IMG/VR virus record: IMGVR_UViG_3300042520_001767 | Location: 1 to 64,000 of that record | Source of the DNA: a virus | Length of the DNA: 64,000 bases | Direction: 5' to 3' (one strand) | In this document: positions 53,638 to 62,390 of the stretch, piece after piece | Position numbering within the stretch: position 1 is the first letter of the stretch | How the letters are laid out: each line of letters opens with the position of its first letter | Notes under the pieces: generated by a model | What the model saw: only the letters and a program-made list of their open reading frames with translations | What the model was told of the DNA's origin: nothing | Databases searched by the model: none | Translations under genes and position numbers: made by a program

Positions 53638-56505
53638 TTAAAATAATAGAGTTCTCCACATCTCTTGGCCAGAATGTCTCATTATATACAGATAATCTAA
53701 ACCATCAGCTGTAGTAACTATTTCCATTCTATTACCAATTAAAGGTGTACCATGAGCATACGGTGGCATCCCAACTACATCAACTTGAAATGAATTTATA
53801 TTCAAAGCAAGTGTTCTCATGGTAGCAACCGCATCTCCACGATGAATAATAATATTATCACCACCATCATAAACATACATAGAACCTGTTGTAAATATTT
53901 CAGTGTGTGGTTGAGTATTTATTGCCAAATCCCATATATTTGTTGTGATATTATATCTATCAAATAAGTTAGAACCACCACCGCGAGGTGAAAACATATA
54001 TCTACCTTTATTTACTATATCAGTACCGTCATAAACCCACAAAAGACTAGTACCTAAACCTCTAGGTGGAATTTCATAAATAACATATGTTGATGTTGTA
54101 TCTGGTGCTACTGTGAAAACACCAACCATAGTTAACGCATTAACAGTATTACTTAATACAGATAATTCTTGACCAACACCAGCACCTGATGTTATTCTAA
54201 CACGTTTACCAGCAAATTTATTAATATCCCAAGTTTTTGTTGAATCAGTTAAAACAGCATTTGTTGTATTAGTCACTGTAGTTAATAAACCATAAGTACC
54301 CATGATTTTATAATTTGTTGATGTATCTGGCGTAAATGTCTGTGTTAAGTAGGTAAGCGTATTATTTGTATTACTAACAATTGCAACTTCTTGACCAACT
54401 CCTGTCCCAGAATTTATCCTAAACCTACCACCAGCAAACTGGTTATTTCTCCAGTTTTTAGTTGTATCAACTAGAGTAGTTAACGAACCACTAGTTGCAT
54501 ACCCATTTGTTTTTTGATTATTAATTAAATTTAATTGAGCTGAACCAAAGGCTTCTGGTTGTGTTATTGAATATCTAGATGTACCATTTACTGCGGCAGT
54601 ACCTAAAGTAGCTACAGTAAGTGTGTTTAGTGTATTTGAAATAATTCTTCTAGATTGAGTTGTAGGGGCCGTACCAGCAGTATTTAATACAACAATTTTA
54701 CCAACATGCTCATTAACATTCCAAGCTTGAGTTGTATCAACAATAAGTGTAGTTGATTGTGCAAATGCACCTACAGCACTAGCTGTTGCTGTTAACACAA
54801 CATCAAAAGTTGTTAATGAATCAATAGCTAAAATAGGGTACGAAGTATTCCATGCCGCTTCTGTACAACCACTTATGGTTATCACATCACCAACAACTAA
54901 ATTAGTATTTTGTACTGTTGTAATTCTTCCTACAGTACCTACAGATAAAATATTAACAGTCAAACCATTATTACCACCACCAGAAATAATAGTAGTTGCT
55001 TTACCAGCACCAGTTGTATAAGTTAACCCAGCCGCATATAATGAAACAGATGTCACAACACCAGAACCACTAACAGCGGTTACCCTTCCTTTACCAATAG
55101 AACCACCAGTTGTAATATTAAATAAGTCACCCACAGCATAACCTGTCCCACCAGCTGTTGGTGTTGCTGCCAATGATGTTATCCCACCAGTATTTCTTAC
55201 ACCTGTAACCAATGCATATGCGTCTTGACCAAAATAACTAACACTAACGTTAATTGTTTGCCCAAAGTCAACGTTAGGTCCTTGGTACCAGTAATCATAA
55301 GGAACAGAATATCTATACATTGCAGCCGATGCATTTCCTACTAAATAAATTTCAGCGGTATTTGGCCAAATTTCGAATCTCGATGTTGAATCTGGTTGAA
55401 TATCAAAATTTCTAGCTATTTCTAGTGTATTAGTTGTATTACCAACAATACGATATCTACCACCAGCACCTGGACCAGATGTAATTCTTACCATTTCATT
55501 CTCTAAATCACCTACAGGGTAAGTAGCACCAGAAAAATAAATTGTTCTAGTTGATGCCGAAGTTACTGTTTGAGCTGAATAATAAATCCCACCATGTTGA
55601 CCAGTTCTCTCAATAGTAAAATCTGTACCAAAAGCACTTGGAACTAAACCACCTAATGCTGTTTTTGTATTCCATGTATCTGAAAGAATATCATAAAATT
55701 GCATTGACGACCATGGTGCTGTAGCTAGTGATGAAAATAAGAAAATTCCTCCAGATTCAATTGTAAATGAAGAAGAATCATTTGGAATAATTGCAAGTGT
55801 TCTATCTAAAGAAACAATTGTTGATTCAATATAATACGTTGTTTGTGAACCAGCCACTACACTTGGTGCGGCATATGGTGCTACAATTGAGAATGGTGTA
55901 TTATTCCAAACTTCTAATTGATTATAATTAATATCGTAAAAATACAATGTATTAGCGTCATTATAAAGTACTTTTCTAATTTGAGATTGACCAGTGTTAT
56001 AAACCAAACGAACACTATAACCAATCCATTGATTAATTTCCCATTTTTTAAGTGAATCTGTAATTAAGTTAACTGTTGCTGTTGTAGCAACACCATTATC
56101 ACCTATGCTATTAGCTGTTGACCCAGTAATATATGCTTCTTGACCAGCCCCTAAACCTGATGTGATTCTAATCTTATAACCATTAAAAATATTACCTTGT
56201 AAACTAGGTATTTCTAAGGTTGTATTTGTCCCTCCCAAAATATTACCAGAATACCCATTGAAATTAGCAAATCTCATTGAGGATGTTACTGATGGAGTGA
56301 CATTAGGTGTTTGTAGTTGTTGCCATGAATCCATTTTTGTATCATATCTCCAAAAAGTTGTTGATAAATAATACATATATCTAGAATTTTCTGATTCTTC
56401 ACTAACACATAAAGTACTTAATGCTTGTGTTGCTACTGGGGCGAACCTTAACCATTCCCATACTGGAAGGTCTACTTGTGGGACTAAGTTATTTGTAACT
56501 GCCAT
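53638..56505 (-). CDS. Tail appendage / receptor-binding-like protein, 955 aa, with Kelch-like blades and six ~55-aa repeated beta modules
   Basis: Repeats of D-x-T-K-x-W-x-x-N-x-F-x-G-x-x-V-R-I-x-S-G-x-G-x-G-Q...I-x-S-N-T-x-N-T-L-T, plus Kelch-like RYD/FYD...x-W motifs. Confidence 0.55.
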   Translation of the reverse strand: MAVTNNLVPQVDLPVWEWLRFAPVATQALSTLCVSEESENSRYMYYLSTTFWRYDTKMDSWQQLQTPNVTPSVTSSMRFANFNGYSGNILGGTNTTLEIPSLQGNIFNGYKIRITSGLGAGQEAYITGSTANSIGDNGVATTATVNLITDSLKKWEINQWIGYSVRLVYNTGQSQIRKVLYNDANTLYFYDINYNQLEVWNNTPFSIVAPYAAPSVVAGSQTTYYIESTIVSLDRTLAIIPNDSSSFTIESGGIFLFSSLATAPWSSMQFYDILSDTWNTKTALGGLVPSAFGTDFTIERTGQHGGIYYSAQTVTSASTRTIYFSGATYPVGDLENEMVRITSGPGAGGRYRIVGNTTNTLEIARNFDIQPDSTSRFEIWPNTAEIYLVGNASAAMYRYSVPYDYWYQGPNVDFGQTINVSVSYFGQDAYALVTGVRNTGGITSLAATPTAGGTGYAVGDLFNITTGGSIGKGRVTAVSGSGVVTSVSLYAAGLTYTTGAGKATTIISGGGNNGLTVNILSVGTVGRITTVQNTNLVVGDVITISGCTEAAWNTSYPILAIDSLTTFDVVLTATASAVGAFAQSTTLIVDTTQAWNVNEHVGKIVVLNTAGTAPTTQSRRIISNTLNTLTVATLGTAAVNGTSRYSITQPEAFGSAQLNLINNQKTNGYATSGSLTTLVDTTKNWRNNQFAGGRFRINSGTGVGQEVAIVSNTNNTLTYLTQTFTPDTSTNYKIMGTYGLLTTVTNTTNAVLTDSTKTWDINKFAGKRVRITSGAGVGQELSVLSNTVNALTMVGVFTVAPDTTSTYVIYEIPPRGLGTSLLWVYDGTDIVNKGRYMFSPRGGGSNLFDRYNITTNIWDLAINTQPHTEIFTTGSMYVYDGGDNIIIHRGDAVATMRTLALNINSFQVDVVGMPPYAHGTPLIGNRMEIVTTADGLDYLYIMRHSGQEMWRTLLF

Positions 56506-56534
56506 ATTTTTTATTTTTTATTTTTTATTTTTTA

Positions 56535-56909
56535 TTATGTGAATTTTAAATTTGCTCTAATACCATTTGCATACGCTAGTCTAGCGGCATCTATAAATTG
56601 ATATCTTGGGTCAACACCACCATAACCAGCGATATTGGTTACTGTATTAACATTCGCATTTAATAATGTAGCTGTTGGTTGTACTGCCGTAACGTTTAAC
56701 GCAGTTGCTGTTGGTTGCGAAACAGCAATAGTAACGGGTACCGCATCAATCGTTACTCTTTGTCTATTCTGGGAATCTACAGTTGCAATAGAATCAAGTA
56801 ATTTTACCATTCTTCTAAGCAATAGTATAGATTCATCTGTTGCTGGGTTTACTGTTACTCCACTAGTATTTAAAATATTTAGTGAATCCGATGGTGGTAT
56901 ATACGACAT
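56535..56909 (-). CDS. Hypothetical virion protein, 124 aa from ATG 56909
   Basis: Start moved from 56972 to MSYIPPSD because ATATTTAT (56926-56933) and an A-rich leader precede 56909. Confidence 0.6.
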   Translation of the reverse strand: MSYIPPSDSLNILNTSGVTVNPATDESILLLRRMVKLLDSIATVDSQNRQRVTIDAVPVTIAVSQPTATALNVTAVQPTATLLNANVNTVTNIAGYGGVDPRYQFIDAARLAYANGIRANLKFT

Positions 56910-56956
56910 AATTTTTTGTTTAATTATAAATATAAGGTAACTATGAAATTTGTAAA

Positions 56957-58432
56957 CTAAATCACGTACCAATTGTTATTATATGATTGTAAATCTAACG
57001 ATACATTTTTCCTAGCAACTATAACTGATGTATCTCCATCAATTAATTGACCAGAGAAAGGTGATAGTGTTTCAACACCAATATTTATATTTTTTATTGT
57101 TATAAATCTTCCATTGCTAATAATTTGAGGAAGTGTAATTGTAATAGGTGAATTTGAATCAACAATTACAATTTGGTCTATATTAGATAATGTTGTGCTA
57201 CTAATAACTGTAGAAATTGGTCTAGGACTATTTGAACCACTTGAACCAGTCACAACATTACCTAATGAATCAACACCTAAATTAGCAATAGAAGTACCAC
57301 CACCTAATGCAATTATATTAAGTGTATTAGCTGTAACACCAGAAGTAAAATTAGTTCCTCCAGATACTGTACCTCCAGTAAACGAAGTAATACCAGTAAG
57401 ATTACTACCATTACCAAAAAATGTTGTTGCAGATAAAACACCATTAACATTATAATTACCATTTAATGTTTTACTATTCTCCCAAAGTGTTGTCCCACTA
57501 TTATATATTAAAATATCACCATTGGTTCTTCCAGTTACATTAACATCGTGTATCTCATGTAATTCATACCCATTTTGAATTTGATACTCTATATATCCAT
57601 TAGTTGGAGAAGTTCTAACTACCTTACCAATATAAACTAAATGATTTGGTGCGTATGGTTTAATATTTGTAATATAACCAGCATTAGTTGGGGATAAATA
57701 AATTGTTTGTCCATCAGATAAAGTATCTATTGTGAATGGATGTGTTGCAGAAGTCCTTGTATCTAAATTAGTTACTGAACCAATTGTTACTACATCACCA
57801 TGTGCGTTGTTAGCAATATCATTTTTTAATACACCAAATGTTCTAGCTGATGTCATCTCAGAGTTCGCTTGTGCTAATAGTATTGTAGGTTTATTTCCCG
57901 TTGACCCATTCATATATACTACTTGACCTCTATACATATCTGAACCACTTTGGTTACGACAATTAACCACGAATTCAGTCGCTACTGCCGATATACCAGT
58001 TAGATTAGAACCATCACCATAATAAGTTGTAGCACTTATTGTATTAGCGGTTAATCCATTTGTAAATGTTGTTGGGCCAGTCACCGTTCCACCAGTAAAA
58101 ATACCACCACCACCTATAGTTCCAGTTACAACATTACCTAATGAATCAATACCTAAATTAGCGATAGAAGTACCGACACCTAATGTACTTATATTAAGTG
58201 TACTAGCTGTTAAATTACCATTTATTGTTAAATTACCATTAATAGTGTCACCAGTTCTAGCTACTCTATCCCACCCTATAGGAAGTATAGAACCAGCTGT
58301 TGTTCCAGATGCATAAAGTATAACATCACTAGTATTTATTGCTAATTCACCTAATTGTAAATCACCAGCTGATGGTGTCTTACCAGCAATATTTGAACGT
58401 TTAAGTAAAAACGTATTCTTTCTATTTGCCAT
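56957..58432 (-). CDS. Tail fibre-like protein, 491 aa, with an Mtd_N-like N-terminus and internal duplications
   Basis: LKRSNIAGKTPSAGDLQLGELAINT N-terminus, G/T/N-rich fibre repeats and C-terminal IIVDSNSPITITLP...TIKNI. Confidence 0.65.
   Translation of the reverse strand: MANRKNTFLLKRSNIAGKTPSAGDLQLGELAINTSDVILYASGTTAGSILPIGWDRVARTGDTINGNLTINGNLTASTLNISTLGVGTSIANLGIDSLGNVVTGTIGGGGIFTGGTVTGPTTFTNGLTANTISATTYYGDGSNLTGISAVATEFVVNCRNQSGSDMYRGQVVYMNGSTGNKPTILLAQANSEMTSARTFGVLKNDIANNAHGDVVTIGSVTNLDTRTSATHPFTIDTLSDGQTIYLSPTNAGYITNIKPYAPNHLVYIGKVVRTSPTNGYIEYQIQNGYELHEIHDVNVTGRTNGDILIYNSGTTLWENSKTLNGNYNVNGVLSATTFFGNGSNLTGITSFTGGTVSGGTNFTSGVTANTLNIIALGGGTSIANLGVDSLGNVVTGSSGSNSPRPISTVISSTTLSNIDQIVIVDSNSPITITLPQIISNGRFITIKNINIGVETLSPFSGQLIDGDTSVIVARKNVSLDLQSYNNNWYVI
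57246..57334. repeat. 89-bp direct repeat, copy A (pairs with 58122-58210)
   Basis: Manual alignment gives 81/89 identity. Spacing is 876 nt, i.e. in frame. Confidence 0.9.
58122..58210. repeat. 89-bp direct repeat, copy B
   Basis: Encodes TASTLNISTLGVGTSIANLGIDSLGNVVTG, versus TANTLNIIALGGGTSIANLGVDSLGNVVTG in copy A. Confidence 0.9.
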
Positions 58433-58502
58433 GTATATAATGGGATATGTTAAAATCTCTATAAAGAGTTATAATTTTGGGTTATGTAACCTCTATAAAA
58501 TA

Positions 58503-58532
58503 AATATGCACAATCCGTAAATTGTGCATATT
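58503..58532. terminator. 12-bp perfect hairpin (terminator-like) overlapping a late motif
   Basis: AATATGCACAAT-CCGTAA-ATTGTGCATATT. The ATATTTAT at 58500-58507 (minus strand) overlaps one arm. Confidence 0.6.
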
Positions 58533-58553
58533 ATAATTATTAAATTTTTAATG

Positions 58554-58697
58554 TTAACCTCTTAGTAAGTGTTCATTATTATGTTCTCCACGACCAAGAC
58601 GATAAAAGTGTTCTCACTCCCTTTCAATTAATCGTTCTGATTGACCAATATAAACTTTTTTATTTATTAGATTTGTAATTTTGTAAATACCTTTCAT
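58554..58697 (-). pseudogene. GIY-YIG homing endonuclease remnant
   Basis: MKGIYKITNLINKKVYIGQSERLIERE*EHFYRLGRGEHNNEHLLRG*: intact GIY and YIG motifs, an internal TGA and an early TAA. Confidence 0.85.
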
Positions 58698-58753
58698 TTT
58701 TTTTTAATTTTAAAAATTAGTAAATACTTCGGTTAAATTAAATCATCGGTCTA

Positions 58754-60094
58754 TCAGTATTGACCCCCATCTAACGTATCAAATTCCGTAAGCACTCTAA
58801 CACCATTTGGTCTATTAATATCAGTACTTCTAAGTATTATATCATTTAATTGAGTCACCAAACCTCTATTAGAATACCCAGTAGATGCGGTATATTCTAA
58901 AATATTTGGAATTTGAGTAGAAGTTAAACCAGTAAATGTATTCAACGCTCTAATATCCAAATTAACATTACCACCATTCAACCCATTACCATCTTGAAAT
59001 GTAAAACCAGCACCTATAGATGTAGCTGTTGTGTTCCCAGTCGGATTATAGTTAACGGTAATATTTGGGTCTTCTACATACAATTGAGATGTGAATGCAG
59101 AAATTGCGTTTCCTAATACAACTAAATCACCTTGTATTATAGCATCCCCAGAAACATTTAAACCACCCGTACCAACACTAACAGAACCATCAGAAGGAAC
59201 TGAAAAAGTATTTGTTGTTGTGTTATATGTAAACCCAGCTTCATCAGTTAAAAATCCACCAACACCAACATAAGGAATTCTACCAGCAGTTAAATTAGAG
59301 AAGGTTAAACCAGATACAGAATTAAACGATTGATTTAATGTGTCACCACTATTATTTCTAAGTGTAAATGTGTTATTTGCTGGGTTATAGGTAAATCCAG
59401 TTGTAAATACATCAGTAAAAGGTAAATTATAAGTACCATTTGGTATTACTGAATTATACATCAATCCAATAATACCATTTATATTATTATTTGAAGGAGG
59501 TGTTGTAATTGTACCACCAGTAACATAAGAATCACTTACACTAATTCCACTTAAATCAATAATGTAGTCACCACTAGGACCACTATTCTTTTTAAATGTT
59601 ATTTGTTTTGTTGTATTATTGTAAGTACCACCAGTAGTAAAAGTATCTAGAGTTGTTATAAAAAACGGACCATTAGGTGGTGTTATGTTATATAATAACT
59701 GAGCATTTTGTGTATTCGTGTTATTATTAGATGATGTTATTGTATTACCAGTAACATAAGTATCAACACCAGTAATACTAGAAATATTAGCTAACACAAA
59801 ACCGTTTGTTGTACCAGATAGGAATTTACCAGCTAAGTTAGAAACACCACTATATGATGTAATTTGGTTTCTAATTTTTAAGTTATAAAGGTTAGAACCA
59901 ACCTCAAAGAAATTTGCGTTTCCGTTTGGTCCAGCTGGTACCCAATCGTTTGTTCCACTAGTAACCCCAGAGAACATCATTATCCCAGATGCCGTATTAA
60001 CTATCGGTTCACCAACCAACAAAGTAGCACCCGAAAAAGGTGCGGCTGAATTTTGATTATTTTTTAAAATAAACCTAGTACTTCTATTTGCCAT
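58754..60094 (-). CDS. Tail fibre / virion appendage-like protein, 446 aa
   Basis: The N-terminus MANRSTRFILKNN...LLVGEPIVNT parallels the 491-aa fibre. T/G/N-rich repeats (DTYVTG, DTFTTGGTY, DSYVTGG, DVFTTG) and a C-terminal LDGGQY. Confidence 0.55.
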   Translation of the reverse strand: MANRSTRFILKNNQNSAAPFSGATLLVGEPIVNTASGIMMFSGVTSGTNDWVPAGPNGNANFFEVGSNLYNLKIRNQITSYSGVSNLAGKFLSGTTNGFVLANISSITGVDTYVTGNTITSSNNNTNTQNAQLLYNITPPNGPFFITTLDTFTTGGTYNNTTKQITFKKNSGPSGDYIIDLSGISVSDSYVTGGTITTPPSNNNINGIIGLMYNSVIPNGTYNLPFTDVFTTGFTYNPANNTFTLRNNSGDTLNQSFNSVSGLTFSNLTAGRIPYVGVGGFLTDEAGFTYNTTTNTFSVPSDGSVSVGTGGLNVSGDAIIQGDLVVLGNAISAFTSQLYVEDPNITVNYNPTGNTTATSIGAGFTFQDGNGLNGGNVNLDIRALNTFTGLTSTQIPNILEYTASTGYSNRGLVTQLNDIILRSTDINRPNGVRVLTEFDTLDGGQY

Positions 60095-60121
60095 TTTTTT
60101 TTATTTTTTTTGTATTATTTT

Positions 60122-60523
60122 TTAAAAACTACCCCCATGTAATATATCGTTAGTAACAATAGAATTGTTTGCTGTTATTTCCCTATATTCTCCTAGTGAA
60201 TCTAAACCTAAATTTAAATTAGGTGTATTTATTTTTATCGAAGATGTCCAAATAGTTGAAGAACCGCTAACAGTATTTATATCTCTAAATCTCTTTAAAT
60301 TAGTACCAATATCTATTTCTTCATCGTTTTCTGGTGTAATACTAGTATTAAAAATAGTTTCACCATTAGATAAATGAATCTGTGAATCACCACTACAACT
60401 AATTAGGTTATTACTAATTACAGCAGTACACGCACTTATAACTTCGTTACTAATTAATAACGGCTCAATTATAAATGTTTCGTTTATATCCGAATGATAT
60501 AGTGGTTTAAAATTATTATCCAT
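60122..60523 (-). CDS. Hypothetical virion protein, 133 aa
   Basis: ORF in the neck/fibre operon. Ends LHGGSF, similar to its neighbour's LDGGQY. Confidence 0.55.
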   Translation of the reverse strand: MDNNFKPLYHSDINETFIIEPLLISNEVISACTAVISNNLISCSGDSQIHLSNGETIFNTSITPENDEEIDIGTNLKRFRDINTVSGSSTIWTSSIKINTPNLNLGLDSLGEYREITANNSIVTNDILHGGSF

Positions 60524-60528
60524 ATTAT

Positions 60529-61587
60529 TTAAGTTGTGCTACCCATAATTTTAAATCCACCTAATGTTAGTGAATTTTTATATACTCTTATTGAAACGTT
60601 ATCATTAGAATTTACTATTATTGGTGAACCCATCACCAAACCATCAAATTGACCAACACCATTAACTAATATTACAATTCTGGTAATATTATCTATATCA
60701 GATATTTGAGTGAAATTAACACTATACGGACAAATAAAAGAAAAATTAGTATTAGATTGTGGTTTAAATATAAAACTATATGTAACTGTATTCCCTACTT
60801 TTAACGGTTCTACCATAATATTCTTATAATTTCTATTTTCTTGTACTTCAATTGTTGTTATACCTCTATTTGTTGTTGGTATTACCTCAAAATCATCTTC
60901 ATCCAAAATATAACCCAATAATTTCATTTCAAATAATTGAACATAAAATCTTCTATTTTCAAAATCATCAATATTACTCTCATCACCAATAGATTCTAAA
61001 TGAAGTGGCATTGGATGACCATTTACACTGATATAACATTGTCTAGATTGAAAAGCTCTTTGTATTAATCTATTAAATTTATTCAAATCTTTCATCCTAT
61101 TTGTAAACATTCTAACCTCATACGACATATCAACTGAAGTTGGTTGTGGTATTTTATATAAATCAATTCCACGTCTAACACCATCCCAAGTCGGTACTTT
61201 CATATAAGTATAAGTTCTATTTACTGGTATATTCCATAACCCAGCTTGGTTCTGACCTTGTTGAATATCTGGTTTTCTAACAACAGTAATAAAAGGTAAT
61301 TCTATATTCTTAAATTTATCTGAAAATTGCCAAGTCTTACTAAATTCTGTCCATCTTTGTATTGTTAAAAATATAATAGGGACTTTCTCCCCATCAACAG
61401 ATAAAGACATTCTTTCGTCAGATTTTAAAAATTCTAAAAAATTTTGGTCCATATCCTCCTCCAATACACCTTTTGGTAAAAATGTACCTCTATCAGAAAT
61501 GTCATCTAATATTTCTTGTCTTCTCTCAAAACCAACTTTCTGTTGATTTATATTAATATTGGTTATATACCCTTTAGGTATTGCCAT
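60529..61587 (-). CDS. Tail completion / sheath terminator (T4 gp15-like), 352 aa
   Basis: VPIIFLTIQRWTEF...NIELPFITVVR...IPQPTSVDMSYEVRMFTNRMKDLNKFN, adjacent to a gp14-like gene. Confidence 0.65.
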   Translation of the reverse strand: MAIPKGYITNININQQKVGFERRQEILDDISDRGTFLPKGVLEEDMDQNFLEFLKSDERMSLSVDGEKVPIIFLTIQRWTEFSKTWQFSDKFKNIELPFITVVRKPDIQQGQNQAGLWNIPVNRTYTYMKVPTWDGVRRGIDLYKIPQPTSVDMSYEVRMFTNRMKDLNKFNRLIQRAFQSRQCYISVNGHPMPLHLESIGDESNIDDFENRRFYVQLFEMKLLGYILDEDDFEVIPTTNRGITTIEVQENRNYKNIMVEPLKVGNTVTYSFIFKPQSNTNFSFICPYSVNFTQISDIDNITRIVILVNGVGQFDGLVMGSPIIVNSNDNVSIRVYKNSLTLGGFKIMGSTT

Positions 61588-61607
61588 AATTTATAATTTT
61601 TTAATTT

Positions 61608-62132
61608 TTATACACCCCTAAATTCATTAGCATCAATAGCTGCACATTTTATTGTTCTAAATGCACCTTTATACCCCATTATTGTGTGTTTATTATCATA
61701 ATTCTTAACTCCATCATTAACAACACTAAAATACCTAATTTCCGTTTCAGTAACTGGATAACCTACGTAGTCACCATAACTAATTTGAACATCTAACTCA
61801 CTTAATTGTGAATCATAAATACCAAATGTAAAATTACCATCCTGTAAATATCTTAAAGAACCATTTCCATTATATGTTTTGTTTTCAGCCTCTTCTAAAA
61901 TAGGTACTACTTTTAATTCAACTGGTGAAAAATAACGTATACCATCTTTTGGTGCCTCACCATACAAATTATCCGATGAAGAATTTTCCCTATCAACACG
62001 GTATAAAATAACCGTAAAATTTTGACCCTCAATAGCTTCACGGCCCATACTTATTTCTAGATTAAAATCTTCTTCAGAGAAAAAGCGATTTATACGTGTT
62101 ATAGGATTAATCTTATTATTTTTACTATCCAT
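61608..62132 (-). CDS. Neck / head-closure protein (T4 gp14-like), 174 aa
   Basis: VILYRVD...NLYGEA...FSPVELK...FTFGIYDSQL...GDYV pattern. Confidence 0.6.
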   Translation of the reverse strand: MDSKNNKINPITRINRFFSEEDFNLEISMGREAIEGQNFTVILYRVDRENSSSDNLYGEAPKDGIRYFSPVELKVVPILEEAENKTYNGNGSLRYLQDGNFTFGIYDSQLSELDVQISYGDYVGYPVTETEIRYFSVVNDGVKNYDNKHTIMGYKGAFRTIKCAAIDANEFRGV

Positions 62133-62346
62133 ATTTATTTATTTATTTTATTTTTTATTGTTTTATTAATATATTGATAACTACAACCATAAATATCAGC
62201 AATATCAACTTGTGATAAACCATTTTTTAAATATTCTTTAATATCTTCTAAATTAATATTATATTTATTTGATGGTTCTTTTTAATATAAATATTTACAT
62301 TTTTATTATTAACACAATAACTATTGATTTTTATTAATTTTTTTAA

Positions 62347-62354
62347 TATATTTG
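62347..62354 (+). promoter_or_regulatory. Bacteroidota-type -7 element TATATTTG upstream of the SNF2 helicase
   Basis: TAnnTTTG 36 nt before the TTG start at 62391. Confidence 0.5.
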
Positions 62355-62390
62355 ATAAAATAATTAAGTTATAAAAAATAAATAAATAAA

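Noticed and set aside
57246-58210. Possible diversity-generating retroelement TR/VR pair in the tail fibre gene
   Set aside because: The 8 mismatches are not confined to adenines of one copy on either strand, both copies are coding and in frame, and no reverse transcriptase is present in the window.
58554-58697. TGA read-through or alternative genetic code suggested by the in-frame TGA in the GIY-YIG fragment
   Set aside because: All major genes are full length under code 11, TGA terminates the 446-aa gene (58754) and TAG terminates the tape measure gene, and the fragment also ends early at a TAA. Pseudogenisation is the simpler explanation.
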